Below are positions 1-10,843 of a DNA stretch of 36,959 bases, piece by piece. This DNA comes from Octopus bimaculoides (taxonomy: Eukaryota), in assembly GCF_001194135.2 (NCBI RefSeq), contig NC_068987.1, positions 41,819,748-41,856,706 of the forward strand, read 5' to 3'. The position numbers and the translations under genes are program-made. How positions within the stretch are numbered: position 1 is the first letter of the stretch; the number at the start of each line of letters is the position of its first letter. The notes under the pieces were generated by a model. It saw only the letters and a list, made by a program, of their open reading frames with translations, was not told the DNA's origin and did no database searches.

Positions 1-854
1 AGGGGGATGAGATAAACTACCTGCATCAACTTATTATAAAAGTAGGTAGTAATTTTACCTTTTCCTTAATCTTAATGCAAGTTTTGAAGAGTGCAGTTCA
101 ATTTTAAAAGTTATTTTTTCAAAGCTATTATGGAAGCGACAAAGGAGCATATTCGGCATATTTTACTTTATGAGTTCAATAAAAGCAACAGAAAGTGTGA
201 GGAGTATTAATGTTGTATATGAGGATCGGACAATAAGCATAAGCCAGTGTCAATGGTGGTACCAGAAATTCCAAGCCAGAAACTACAGCCTACAAGATGA
301 GCCTCATCCTGGAAGATCTGAAGAGCTTGACAAGGATGTCCTGCAAACCCTGGTGGAAGTGTAACTGTTGAGAAACAAGTGGAGAAGCTTGGATTTGGTC
401 ATTCAACCAGTCGTTTAAATCAGCACTAGAAGAAAAATGATCATCTTTGCTTTCAAGACAAAAGGTGTTCTTCCATCAGGATAATGCTCAGCCACATACA
501 GTGGGCATTGATATTTCAAAAGCTAGATCAGTCTGAATGGAAAACTATGCCCCACCCACCATATTTGCCGAACATTGCCCCATCTGATTATCATTTATTC
601 CACAGTCTTCAAAATCATTTGGACGAAAAAATATGAATTCTGAAGATGAGGTCAGAACAGTATTGGAGTTGTATTTTTCATCACAGACAAGTGAATTTTG
701 GAAAAGGGGCCTTGCAATTCTACCAGATAGATGGAAGAGCATTGTAGAAAATGAAGGAGAATATATTTTAGATTAAAAAGGAACTTTGTTTATCTTAATT
801 TTGAAAAATAAATAAAGTTTAAAAAAACAACATCATTTATGGGATGACGCAGTA
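1..854 (+). mobile_element. Mariner (Tc1/mariner) element, internally deleted, left end outside window
   Basis: ATG at 130 reads MEATKEHIRHILLYEFNK (mariner HTH N-terminus). After about 410 it jumps directly to C-terminal catalytic segments (..HQDNA.., PHPPYLPNIAPSDYHLFHSLQNHL, RWKSIVENEGEYILD, stop at 774-776). Right end ...tttatgggatgacgcagTA at about 835-854. Confidence 0.88.
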
Positions 855-995
855 TATATATATGTGTGTATGTATGTATGTGTCTATATTTGTCCCCTCC
901 ATTGCTTGACAACCGATGCTAGTGTGTTTATGTCCCCGTAACTTAGCGATTTGGCAAAAGAAACTGATGGAATAAGTACTAGGCTTACAAAGAAT
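855..995 (+). mobile_element. SINE 3' half (same family as 35454-35890)
   Basis: (TA/TG)n followed by cattgcttgacaaccgatgctagtgtgtttatgtccccgtaacttag...aataagtactaggcttacaaagaat, matching the full copy at 35697-35792. Confidence 0.85.
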
Positions 996-2218
996 ATTGC
1001 AATATTGCACTATAGTTTTAAACAAGAATTGCCATCTCATAAGTAGTGTTGTTCATTTCCAATCGTCTGTGAAAAGCATGTTCTGCAATGGAGAAATATT
1101 ACCTTACTTGGAAACAGGTGAAGACATGTGCCTGTAGGAATCTGCTTCACCACGTTGTGTTTGTTCCACGCAAGCATGGAAAAGTGGACATTAAATTGCA
1201 ACTATGTGCTTTCAACTACGTGCTTTCAACTACAGTCCCATTGTGTAATATCTTGAACAAGTGTCTTCTACTATGGCCTTGGGCTCACCAATGTCATGTG
1301 AACCAATGTCATGTTAGTTGAAACTTGGTAAATAGAAGCTGTTCAGAACCCTGTTGTATGTGTGTGTGTGTGTGTGTGTGCGTAAATATGAGCATGATAT
1401 ATATTTCAAGAGTGATGTGATGCATCAGTGTGGTAGTAGTAGTATGTTGCTATTTTCCAACTGCTGCAACCCTTGTGTTTACAGGTCTCAGTTGTTGAAT
1501 CAACATGTGACAGACCAAAAAGCAGTCTAGTGTGTAAGTGTTCCTCATCAATACACTGCTTCTCCCCCACCAAAACTTTTGTCAGGTCTTCCTATAGCCA
1601 CACATGGTAACTAGGTGCTTTGAGCCTGACAATCTCAACATGAAGTCTCAGAATAATCTACTTCAGATATACAGTGTGTATGCCAGCCTTGCTGAATATG
1701 CTCTAACATTTATTAGTTGTTGCCTTGTGAGTGAGTAAAGTAGTAAATTGGTTGGGGGAGTTCATTTTAAATGAAAAACAAGCTATCAGTGTCAACTTTG
1801 TGATGGATTTTGGCTGACTGTATTTCTTGTAGAAAGGAGGCATTGTCGGTCATCTTGATTATTCCTTACCATTGAATCAGTTTTCTTCACAGTGGCACAT
1901 GGAAGCAAGCACTCCAACACCACTATGAAGTTTCATTGTATAGGTATATTCTACAGTGTGGAACTTGATCCATGTAGTTTGGTGATAAGAGCAAATCTGA
2001 ATGTGCTGTTGGCACATCAGGGTTAATAGCAGCTCTGCATAATTAGCATTACTGCATATCAACAGTACAGGGTTGATAGCAGTTCTGGATATTAACATTA
2101 CTCTGTACTACATATCAGTAGTACAGCATAATGATCATTGGCATCTGGAATTGAGTGGAAGTTATCCTCAATAGACACCTGTACAACTGAGCTGTTTATT
2201 TAGAGACTGCTGCTCACT

Positions 2219-2540
2219 GTGAAAGAGGAAGAGCTAAAACAAAGTGGCCTAAAAATTGTTTATTCAGCTCATTCCTTCACAGGAAATCATGCTGCCCAAG
2301 ATGTTCCACATCATGGTCATAAAAGTTATAAACATAGTTACTCAGGTTTGTCACATGAAATATACAGGCACTGCTTTCTATTGGCAATTTGGCAAACTGA
2401 AACCAGTATCAAATTGCTACTTGGAAAGAGCTCTGTTAATGACGTTAGTGAGAACTATACCTTTCAAAAGAGTCATCCTGGTGGGAACAAACATCACCAG
2501 CATGGCTTCAGCTTTGCCATGAGGAAATTGAACTGAGCGA
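2219..2540 (+). pseudogene. Degenerate RTE-type LINE apurinic endonuclease N-terminal fragment
   Basis: ORF ..TETSIKLLLGKSSVNDVSENYTFQKSHPGGNKHHQHGFSFAMRK resembles the RTE endonuclease pattern ETR..GEGS..E.G.GYTFFW.G......HGVGFAI. It is cut off by the mariner at about 2560. Confidence 0.5.
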
Positions 2541-2559
2541 AGGACAAGTTGGCATCAGT

Positions 2560-3162
2560 GAGTAGCTAATGTCTCCTTGAAGAAGCCCATGATATCAGAA
2601 GACGTTGTGCCACCAAGTAGAAACCTTCATCATGCCAAGTTTATTGCACAGAACATCCCAACTCTCTTACAGGTTATGCTAATAGCATTGGCTATTTTAT
2701 TTATAGTCAATCACCTGTCATCTATTGCCATGTGGTGAATGTAATCAATGTTTCCCTTGGTGGTGGCAGTTACAAGATTTTGAGACCTTGGGTCATCTTC
2801 AAGACTCTCCATTCCCCTCCTAAATTCAGCAGCCTAATTTGGCACTGTTGATAAAACTAGAGTGTTATCTAATATAGCAACCATGTCGCTGGAGTGTTAT
2901 CTAATATAGCAAACATGCAGAAAAGATAAACCCTTTTTCTGCATGTACTTGATAACAGCACTATACCAAATTTTGTCCATTTTCAAGAGAAGTTGCTACC
3001 AGTTACTTCTTAAGTTTTCTTTAAACATTCATATGTTAGTTTACCTGGAAAAAAACAATGCAGTCATTAATAAGAAGAGTTGAAATTAATGTATGCAAAA
3101 TTTAACACCTCTAACATCACTCCTTCCTAGTCGGCCTATGAACTTTTCAGCCCACTCTTGTA
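2560..3162 (-). mobile_element. Mariner element, 5' half only (TIR plus HTH coding region), degenerate
   Basis: On the minus strand the terminus TAcaagagtgggctgaaaagttcatagg lies at 3162-3135. ATG at 2980 reads MDKIWYSAVIKYMQKKG..., then AAEFRRGMESLEDDPRS, HHMAIDDR*LTINKIANAIS and KLGMMKVSTWW (decayed WVP motif). Confidence 0.85.
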
Positions 3163-3164
3163 TG

Positions 3165-4790
3165 TGTGACAGCAAGTGTATACGTATACTGTTTAAACAT
3201 GTTGGTGTCTATGGTCTTGGGTTTTTTTCTTAATGGGTGTGGTGTAAGTGTGTATAAGGTGATTGTGGGAATGTAAGAGGTGGGTGGTATGTGTGAAATA
3301 AAAGAAAGTAAGATTAAATAAAAAGGGGTTGGAAATTTAAACTGCTGAGCCAGGAGTGGAAAAAGAGCTATGGAGCAGTAAGTCATATAGGTTATGGGCA
3401 TGTTTGAAGGAAGAGAAAATGTGGAAGTGGTGGGATTGGATTGAAGTTTACAGAAAGCACTTAAAATAGTGCATTGGTGGGATAGTCTGGAGGGACAGTA
3501 GGTGAGGGGAAAGGGAAGGTGAATAAGAGTGGAATGGACACAGCTAAAGAGGGCTGATGTGTGGTCAACAGACCAAGCACAGGTGAGGGCAGCATGGATT
3601 ACAGTGGAGTGGGTATCTTTGGTGGGTGAAGTGGTGGGCAATAAACTGGGACTATATCTTGAAGTGATAGTTGTCACTAAAGAGCTGAATGAGACAGAGA
3701 AACTGAGGGTAAGGGATAAACCGTTTAGTGTGGGTAAGGTGGAAGAAGTTGTGGTAGGAGTAAAAGCCTATAGGCTTGTAGTAAATAGAAGTAATGAGGG
3801 AGGAGTGGTTAATGGAAACATCTAGGAAGTTAATGGAGGTGTCAGAGACAGAACAAAAGAGTTCAAGAGTGGAGTGGAAGTAATTGAACAAAAGAGGGTA
3901 ATAAGTTAAGTTTTTCATGGGAGAGTGAAGTCACACCAGTACCAACTGTATAGCACAGGAGTGAAACCAGTGAACTGTAAGAATATTTGGGCCTCAACAT
4001 AGCCAACAAACAGGTCCTTGCAGTTGAGATCCATTTTCCTTCCCATAGCCACTCCTATAACCTGTTGGTAAAACTCACCAACAAACAAAAGCAATTTAGG
4101 TTGAGAACAAATTCAACCAACTGGAGGAGAGTAGGTGTATTAGGGTGGAGCTGGGTATGTTTTAGGGTGAGGAAGCTTTCATTATGAGGTGTCTTGAAGT
4201 TGGTGGAGAACTTCAGCTCTGTAGCAGTCTGCACATCACTTAACCACTGCACCACCCTTGTTAGTCAATTAGACAATGTAGTCCTCACTGTATCAGAGGT
4301 AATGGAAGACTGAGAGTTTGGCTCAGATGTTAAATTAGTAGGGGCACCAAGGAAGTTTAACCCATTTAGGACATGGTAGAAAGCACTTGCAGACTGATCA
4401 ACTTTATGAGATTAACCAAGGGCTGGCATCCAGTGAGATGGTCAGTAGCACAGGTCAGGGGAGAAATCTTGTTTTCTAAGTGCAGGTGGAGCATTATGAA
4501 AAAGAACACACAGCACACAAAATGTTGTATGTTTATCCAGGTGGGGAAGGTGGTAGCAATGGTAGACTGGGAAGATGTGGAGATGAAGGTGGTAGTAGGT
4601 GGATGATTCTCAGTGATAAGGGTAGGGAGAGCAGGTAGGGTGGGGTGGGAGTAGTAAGTGTTGTTGGGGTGAAGGAAGGTGTAGTGATGTTGCGTAAGAA
4701 GGAGTGAAGTGATTCAAATTTGTAGTGCTTGGTGCAAGCAAGGTCATTGAGCATGCAGTAGAAATGGATGATGGAGTGGTATGTGATTGA
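3165..4790 (-). mobile_element. Penelope-like element (PLE), degenerate reverse transcriptase region
   Basis: Minus-strand motifs: (AD)KGGAVV at about 4240-4260, TLLQLVEFVLNLNCF, YQQVIGVAMG..DLFVGYVEAQIF at about 3980-4070, and SDTSINFLDVSI..ITSIYYKP..HTKRFIPYPQFL (ORF 3652-3918). These are typical PLE RT domain 2-7 and thumb motifs, with frameshifts and stops. Confidence 0.85.
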
Positions 4791-5134
4791 AGAGCAGCAG
4801 AAAAAGAACATATATATTTCTATATATGTATATACATTTATGTGTATGTGTATATATGTATGTATGTATGTACATGTGTGTGTGTGTGTGTGTGTGTATA
4901 CTTGGACTTTGGGTATATGTCTATTAGTATATTGATCAAAGTACATTCAGTATATCAACTGGGATATCTTGTCCTACACCAAGCACCTGAAGTGACATAG
5001 CCTGCACTGATTGATGCAATGCAACTAGATGCACAATATCCTACCCCTATTGGACAGATGCAGGATGGGTTTGAAATGATTGTCATGCTGAATAAAGATT
5101 CATACTAAATCCATCTTCCATTTCATTTATCAAC

Positions 5135-5176
<42 letters not shown>

Positions 5177-5178
<2 letters not shown>

Positions 5179-6426
5179 TGAGGGGTGTTCATTAAAGATT
5201 TCCCCTGACCCACTTCAGTTATTGCAGAAAACAGAATTTGTACAGGTATAGTCATACATGTCTCTACATATCGCATTGTAAATTGCAACTTTCCACTTGT
5301 ATTTGTCTTTTACGACTGCTTAAGTGGTCTAAAGTGTTGTAATGGAGGCAGTTGAATGCAGATCAATGATCAGGTTCTTATAGTTGAAAAGATCTACACC
5401 AAAAGAAACTTTCGATGAGATGAAAGAAATTTATGGTGATGATGTAGTCAAGCACTGGCATCGCCAGTTCAAATGTAGTCATACATCAGTGGAAACTGTT
5501 CCTATTCCTGGATGACCTCATTCCACCATTGATGATGACACCATCCATAAAGTGGAAGTTGCCATTTTGGAGGATCGATGCATAACTATTCAGCAACTAG
5601 CCCAAGAAATGAAGATAAGTGTATGGTCCATGGAGAAAATCATTCATGACCATTTTGCACAAGCAGAAGTTGTCTGTATGATGGATTCCCTAGATGCTCA
5701 CATCTTTCAGAAGCAGGAACAAGTCAGTTGCTCCCAGGCTCTTTTGGCAATGTGCCAAGAAAACAAGGAGGACATTTTCTGCAGACTCATCACACAGGAT
5801 GAAACATGGGTCCATCACTATGCTCCTGAGACTAAAGTCTAGTTGAAGCTATGGAAGCATGATGACTCACCACCTCCAAAGAAGACAAGATGATGCACAG
5901 TCTTTTGGGACCAGCACAGAGTAGTGATTATGGATTTTCTGGCAAAGGGCACCACAATTAATGGTGCATATTATGCTTCTCTGCTGCAGAAATTGTGGGA
6001 CACTATCAAAGCAGAGAGGCATGGCATGTTAACCAAAGGAGTCTGCCTCCTCCAAGACAATGCCTTAGTTCACAATGCTCATGCTGCCCAAATGAAAGCA
6101 CACTCCTGTGGCTATAAAATCCTTCCTCATCCTTCTTACTGTCCCAACCTCTCACCATCTGACTTCCACTTCTTTCCAACCATGAAGTCTTTTTTGAGGG
6201 GGAAGCACTCTTCAGATGATAATGAACTTATTTCGAAGGTAAAGTCTTGGCTCCTGATGCAACCTACTGACTTCTGCAAACAAGGTCTGAACAGCTGCAT
6301 AAAGTGATGGGAGGTGTGTCACCATTTCTGGTGACTATGAAGAGAAGGACTAATAATTATACCAAGTTTCATTTATCCCAGTCCTTGGGAAGTGGGTCAG
6401 GGGAAATCTTTAATGAACCCCTCATG
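5177..6426 (+). mobile_element. Full-length (about 1.25 kb) mariner element with disabled transposase
   Basis: TIRs of about 38-40 bp: catgagggg(tg)ttcattaaagatttcccctgacccacttc (5177-5216) and its reverse complement at 6389-6426, followed by TA. Transposase motifs ITQDETWVHHY, LQDNALVH and YCPNLSPSDFHFFP occur in broken ORFs (5342-6340). Confidence 0.95.
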
Positions 6427-6454
6427 TATGTATGTATGTATATATATATATTTT

Positions 6455-8105
6455 GTGTTGCAAGACAGTGTGTGAGAGAGAATCGTGATGTCGTGGGAGA
6501 GAAATGTGTTCGCATGGATGATGGTACGCTTGCACTAAACGAGGTTGCAAAGAAAGTGGTTTGGAGACGCCACTACGAAAGATTGCTCAATAAAGAGAAT
6601 GAATGGCAGAAAGAGAGTCTGCCGAATGTCGACCCAACAGAGGGACTAGCTATCTGAGTTGACAGTACCATGGTAAATAAAGCAATTAAGAGTATGAAGA
6701 CAGGGAAAGCCCCCGGCCCATCAGGAATCACTGCAGAGATGCTCAAAATATCTGACAGTGTTGGCTATAGCCTAGTCACCCATATTGTTAACCAGGTGAT
6801 ACACGAATGAGTCATACCCAATGACTGGTGTAGCAGCACCATAGTCAACTGCTACACAGGTAAAGGTGACGCTTTAGATACAAATAATTACAGAGGTATC
6901 AAGCTTTTAGATCAGGCAATGCAAGTCACGGAGAGGGTCATAGCTCCACTGATGCTATATTTCTGGTAAGACAGCTTCAGGAGAAATACCTAGCCAAGGA
7001 TAAACCTCTGTACCTAGCTTTCGTTGACATGGAGAAAGCCTTCGACAGGGTCCCCCGATCTCTCATTGGTGGTCAATGAGGAAACTAGGGATAGATGAAT
7101 GGTTAGTGAGAGCTGTGTGAGCCATGTACAGAAACGCTGTCAGTAAGATGAGGGTTGGCAATGAATACAGTGAAGAATTCCGGGTGGAGATAGGGGTCCA
7201 CCAAGGTTCTGTCCTCAGCCCCCTCCTATTTATCATAGTCCTCCAGGCTATAACAGAGGAATTCAAGACAGGATGCCCCTGGGAGCTCCTCTATGCTGAT
7301 GACCTTGCACTAATTGCGGAGTCACTATCAGAACTAGAGGAGAAGTTTCAGGTGTGAAAGCAAGGACTAGAATCGAAGGGCCTTAGAGTCAACCTATCTA
7401 AAACCAAAGTCATAATAAGTAAGAAGGCAGACAAAACACAAACCCCTTCAGGTAGATGGCCCTGCCCAATCTGTAGAAAAGGTGTGGGTAGAAACTCTAT
7501 AAGATGCACCCAGTGCAAGCTATGGACACATAAGAGGTGCAGCAATATCAAAGGAAGGTTAACTAGGAAGTTAGTTTTCGTTTGTAGCAGATGTTCAGGA
7601 GCTGTAAACACTGTGAATGTGCAAAAAACAACTTCTGCCACATTCCAGGGAGAAAAACTAAAAGTGGTTGATAGCTTCCGCTATCTTGGTGACCAAATTA
7701 GTTGTGGGGGTGGGTGCGCTGAAAGCGTAGCTGCTAGAATAAGAATAGCCTGGGAAAAGTTCAGAGAGCTCTTACCACTGCTGGTGACAAAGGGTCTCTC
7801 TCTTAGAGTAACAGGCAGACTGTATGATGCATGTGTACGAACAGCCATGCTTCATGGCAGTGAAACATGGGCCGTGATTGCTGAGGACATGCGTAGGCTC
7901 GCAAGCCAGTATGCTCCAATGGATGTGTAATGTCAGTGTGCATACTAGACAGAGTGTTAATATCTTGAGAGAAAAGTTGAACTTACGAAGCATCAGTTGT
8001 GGTGTGCAAGAAAGACGATTGCGCTGGTATGGTTGTGTAGCGAGAATGGATGAGGATAGCTGTGTGAAAAAGTGTCACACCCTAGCAGTGGAGTGAACCT
8101 GTGGA
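6455..8105 (+). mobile_element. RTE-clade LINE, RT region, 5'- and 3'-truncated, with stops
   Basis: Motifs: KAPGPSGITAEMLK, YRGIKLLD, YLAFVDMEKAFDRVPR, GVHQGSVLSPLLF, LLYADDL, FRYLG, TAMLHGSETW and RRLRWYG. Confidence 0.95.
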
Positions 8106-8189
8106 ATACAATAAAAGGTCTGTCATTAAAAAAATTGAATTATTCAGACGTAAAATTTTAAATTAAAATTTTAATTTTATTCATAAGAA

Positions 8190-8630
8190 AAAATTTTAGG
8201 ACATTTACTGGACAAGCAAGGAAAGAGGAAGTTGGGTGGTTGAAGTCTAGTTTTGGAAAACAAACGTCACTTTTTAAAAACAGGGAAGTCGAAAATGTGG
8301 CAAATGCAATTGCCAGCTTTGAAGTCTCAAAACGCATCACTGAAAAGATGAAACCTTTTATGAGTGGTGATTTTTTTAAAAAACTGCTTATTGGCAGTGT
8401 TGGATATTGTTTGTCCAGAAAAAAAAGCTTTTATCTGAAACTATCAGCCTGTTTCTGAGAATAGTCACATGGTGGGTTGAAGAAATATCAGCAAATGCTA
8501 AAAATCAATTAATGCCTGCAGTGAATTACAATATTTTTGAATTGCAGTTGATGAGAGTACAGACTTAAGTGACACTGCATAACTTGCTGTCTCTGTGCGA
8601 GGAGTGACTTCAACTTTTCAGATCTTTGAA
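8190..8630 (+). pseudogene. hAT (SPIN/GTF2IRD2-like) transposase fragment
   Basis: ANAIASFEVSKRITEKMKPFMSGDFFKK...CPEKK and AVDESTDLSDTA*LAVSVRGV. DESTD is the first catalytic Asp motif of this hAT group. Confidence 0.82.
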
Positions 8631-8637
8631 AAAACCC

Positions 8638-8885
8638 ATACACACACGCACGCATACACACACATTCAGACATGCACACACAAGGAGACACACACACACA
8701 TGCAAACACACACACACACACACACATACATAAAAACACACAAACACATGAATATGTAAAATACATACATACAAATGTACACACATACATATATACATAT
8801 GCACACACACACATACATGCATACAGACACATGTATACATACATGTGTATGCACACACACACACACTGACCCACACACATGCGCA
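8638..8885. repeat. Degenerate compound (CA/CATA)n microsatellite
   Basis: Directly visible; it generates spurious VCVC/HTHT ORFs. Confidence 0.9.
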
Positions 8886-9132
8886 CTAACAAACAAAAAG
8901 AACGCAGTGTGAATAATGGACAGTCAACAACTATTGAAAAGGTTGCAAGACGCAACAAAAATTTTAGTAAAATAAAGAAGGAAATGAGTGGAAATTTTAC
9001 TGGTGAGGGCGTTAAATTATAAGGCACTAAAAGAAAATGACTCCCCAGACACAACAGAATATTTCAACACACGAACTCACATAAAGAATTTTGCAAGCCA
9101 AATCCAAAAACGAAATATATATATATATTGCT

Positions 9133-9441
9133 CTTTTACTCTGTTGCTTGTTTCAGTCATTTGTGAGTGGCCATGCTGGAGCACCGCCTTTTAGTTGAAG
9201 AGATCGACCCCTGGACTTATTCTGTGTAAGCCTGGTGCTTATTCTATCGGTATTTTCTGCCAAACTGCTAAGTTACAGAGACATAAACACACCAACTTCA
9301 GTTTCTAAGCAATGGTGGGGAAGACAAACACAGACACAAATACACACACACAATGCATATGTATAGGACATACTTCGATCAGTTTCCGTCAACCAAATCC
9401 ACTGACATGACTTTGGTCAGTCCAAGGGTATAGTAGAAGAC
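9133..9441 (-). mobile_element. SINE (family of 35454-35890), lacking the tRNA head
   Basis: Reverse complement of the SINE body and tail: cttgtttcagtcatttg..gccatgctggagcaccgcc..atcgacccctggacttattc..aaatccact..tagtagaagaca. Confidence 0.85.
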
Positions 9442-9508
9442 ATATAGTGTTTGTAAGGGAGGTCATCACTCCCATTTCCAGCCTTACGTGATACTAACAG
9501 ACCATGGT

Positions 9509-9746
9509 TTCTTATTTCTTTACTGCCCACAAGGGGCTACACACAGAGGGGACAAACAAGGACAGACAAATGGATTAAGTTGATTATATCGACCCCAGTG
9601 CGTAACTGGTACTTATTTAATCGACCCCGAAAGGATGAAAGGCAAAGTCGACCTCGGCAGAATTTAAACTCAGAACGTAGCGGCAGACGACATACCGCTA
9701 AGCATTTCGCCCGGCATGCTAACGTTTCTGCCAGCTCGTCGCCTTG
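9509..9746 (-). mobile_element. SINE with a Meta/MESC-like central domain
   Basis: Minus strand reads aaggcgacgagctggcagaaacgttagcatgccggg...ccgaggtcgactttgcctttcatcctttcggggtcgattaaataagtaccag. The central part resembles the MetaSINE/MESC conserved domain. Confidence 0.8.
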
Positions 9747-9903
9747 GTTTTTGGGTGTTTATTCAGTATTGTTTCTGTATACCTCTTGCTGAGAGATTTA
9801 AAGCAAGTTATTTTTCTGTATATGAGATCAGAGACCGTGTGTCGCTTAAAGAATATATAATGTTTGTGAGTGGAGAAAGCTTTCATCAACAGCCACCGAT
9901 TAT

Positions 9904-9948
9904 CTCACACTGAGGATGCGTAAACACCCAGAAACCATGGTCTGTGAG
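9904..9948 (+). ncRNA. Minimal type-I hammerhead ribozyme (palindromic stem III)
   Basis: Stem I CTCACA(9904-9909)/TGTGAG(9943-9948); core CTGAGGA(9910-9916); stem II TGcGT-AAAC-ACcCA with one C-C mismatch; GAAA(9931-9934); palindrome CCATGG(9935-9940); cleavage triplet GTC(9940-9942). Confidence 0.85.
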
Positions 9949-10106
9949 TATCACATAAGGCTGGAGATGGGAGCAATAACCTCCCTTGCAAACACCAAAT
10001 GGACACAGACTGTGTGTTGATATCCAACTGGAAAAGATGTTTTCCAGGGGCTTAAACAACAGTAACATTGACCTTTATAGGACCGCCACATTCTGTTGGC
10101 AAATAA

Positions 10107-10112
10107 ACTTTG

Positions 10113-10182
<70 letters not shown>
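10107..10182. repeat. (TA)n(GA)n compound microsatellite
   Basis: Directly visible. Confidence 0.95.
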
Positions 10183-10184
<2 letters not shown>

Positions 10185-10843
10185 GTAGAGAAATTAACAT
10201 AAGTACATCATCAAGAGTAATGTCCCTTCAACTAATGNNNNNNNNNNNNNNNNNNNNNNNNNNNNNNNNNNNNNNNNNNNNNNNNNNNNNNNNNNNNNNN
10301 NNNNNNNNNNNNNNNNNNNNNNNNNNNNNNNNNNNNNNNNNNNNNNNNNNNNNNNNNNNNNNNNNNNNNNNNNNNNNNNNNNNNNNNNNNNNNNNNNNNN
10401 NNNNNNNNNNNNNNNNNNNNNNNNNNNNNNNNNNNNNNNNNNNNNNNNNNNNNNNNNNNNNNNNNNNNNNNNNNNNNNNNNNNNNNNNNNNNNNNNNNNN
10501 NNNNNNNNNNNNNNNNNNNNNNNNNNNNNNNNNNNNNNNNNNNNNNNNNNNNNNNNNNNNNNNNNNNNNNNNNNNNNNNNNNNNNNNNNNNNNNNNNNNN
10601 NNNNNNNNNNNNNNNNNNNNNNNNNNNNNNNNNNNNNNNNNNNNNNNNNNNNNNNNNNNNNNNNNNNNNNNNNNNNNNNNNNNNNNNNNNNNNNNNNNNN
10701 NNNNNNNNNNNNNNNNNNNNNNNNNNNNNNNNNNNNNNNNNNNNNNNNNNNNNNNNNNNNNNNNNNNNNNNNNNNNNNNNNNNNNNNNNNNNNNNNNNNN
10801 NNNNNNNNNNNNNNNNNNNNNNNNNNNNNNNNNNNNNNNNNNN

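Larger units (their letters stand above)
9446..10100 (+). mobile_element. Short PLE-derived remnant: inverted partial terminal repeat (9446-9512) plus a sense terminal repeat containing a hammerhead (about 9750-10100), split by a SINE
   Basis: 9446-9512 is the reverse complement of about 9930-9995 (agaaaccatggtctgt.agtatcac.taaggctgga.atgggag). The sense copy contains a minimal hammerhead. The PLE assignment is inferred from this architecture. Confidence 0.6.

Noticed and set aside
1776-1796. Minus-strand VDTDSLF resembling the PolB YGDTDS motif (Polinton)
   Set aside because: It is an isolated 7-mer in a short closed frame with no other PolB motifs, so it is probably chance.
8509-9054. ORFs rich in VCVC, HTHT or RERE (also 23828-24129 and 25110-25803)
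   Set aside because: They are translations of dinucleotide microsatellites, not genes.
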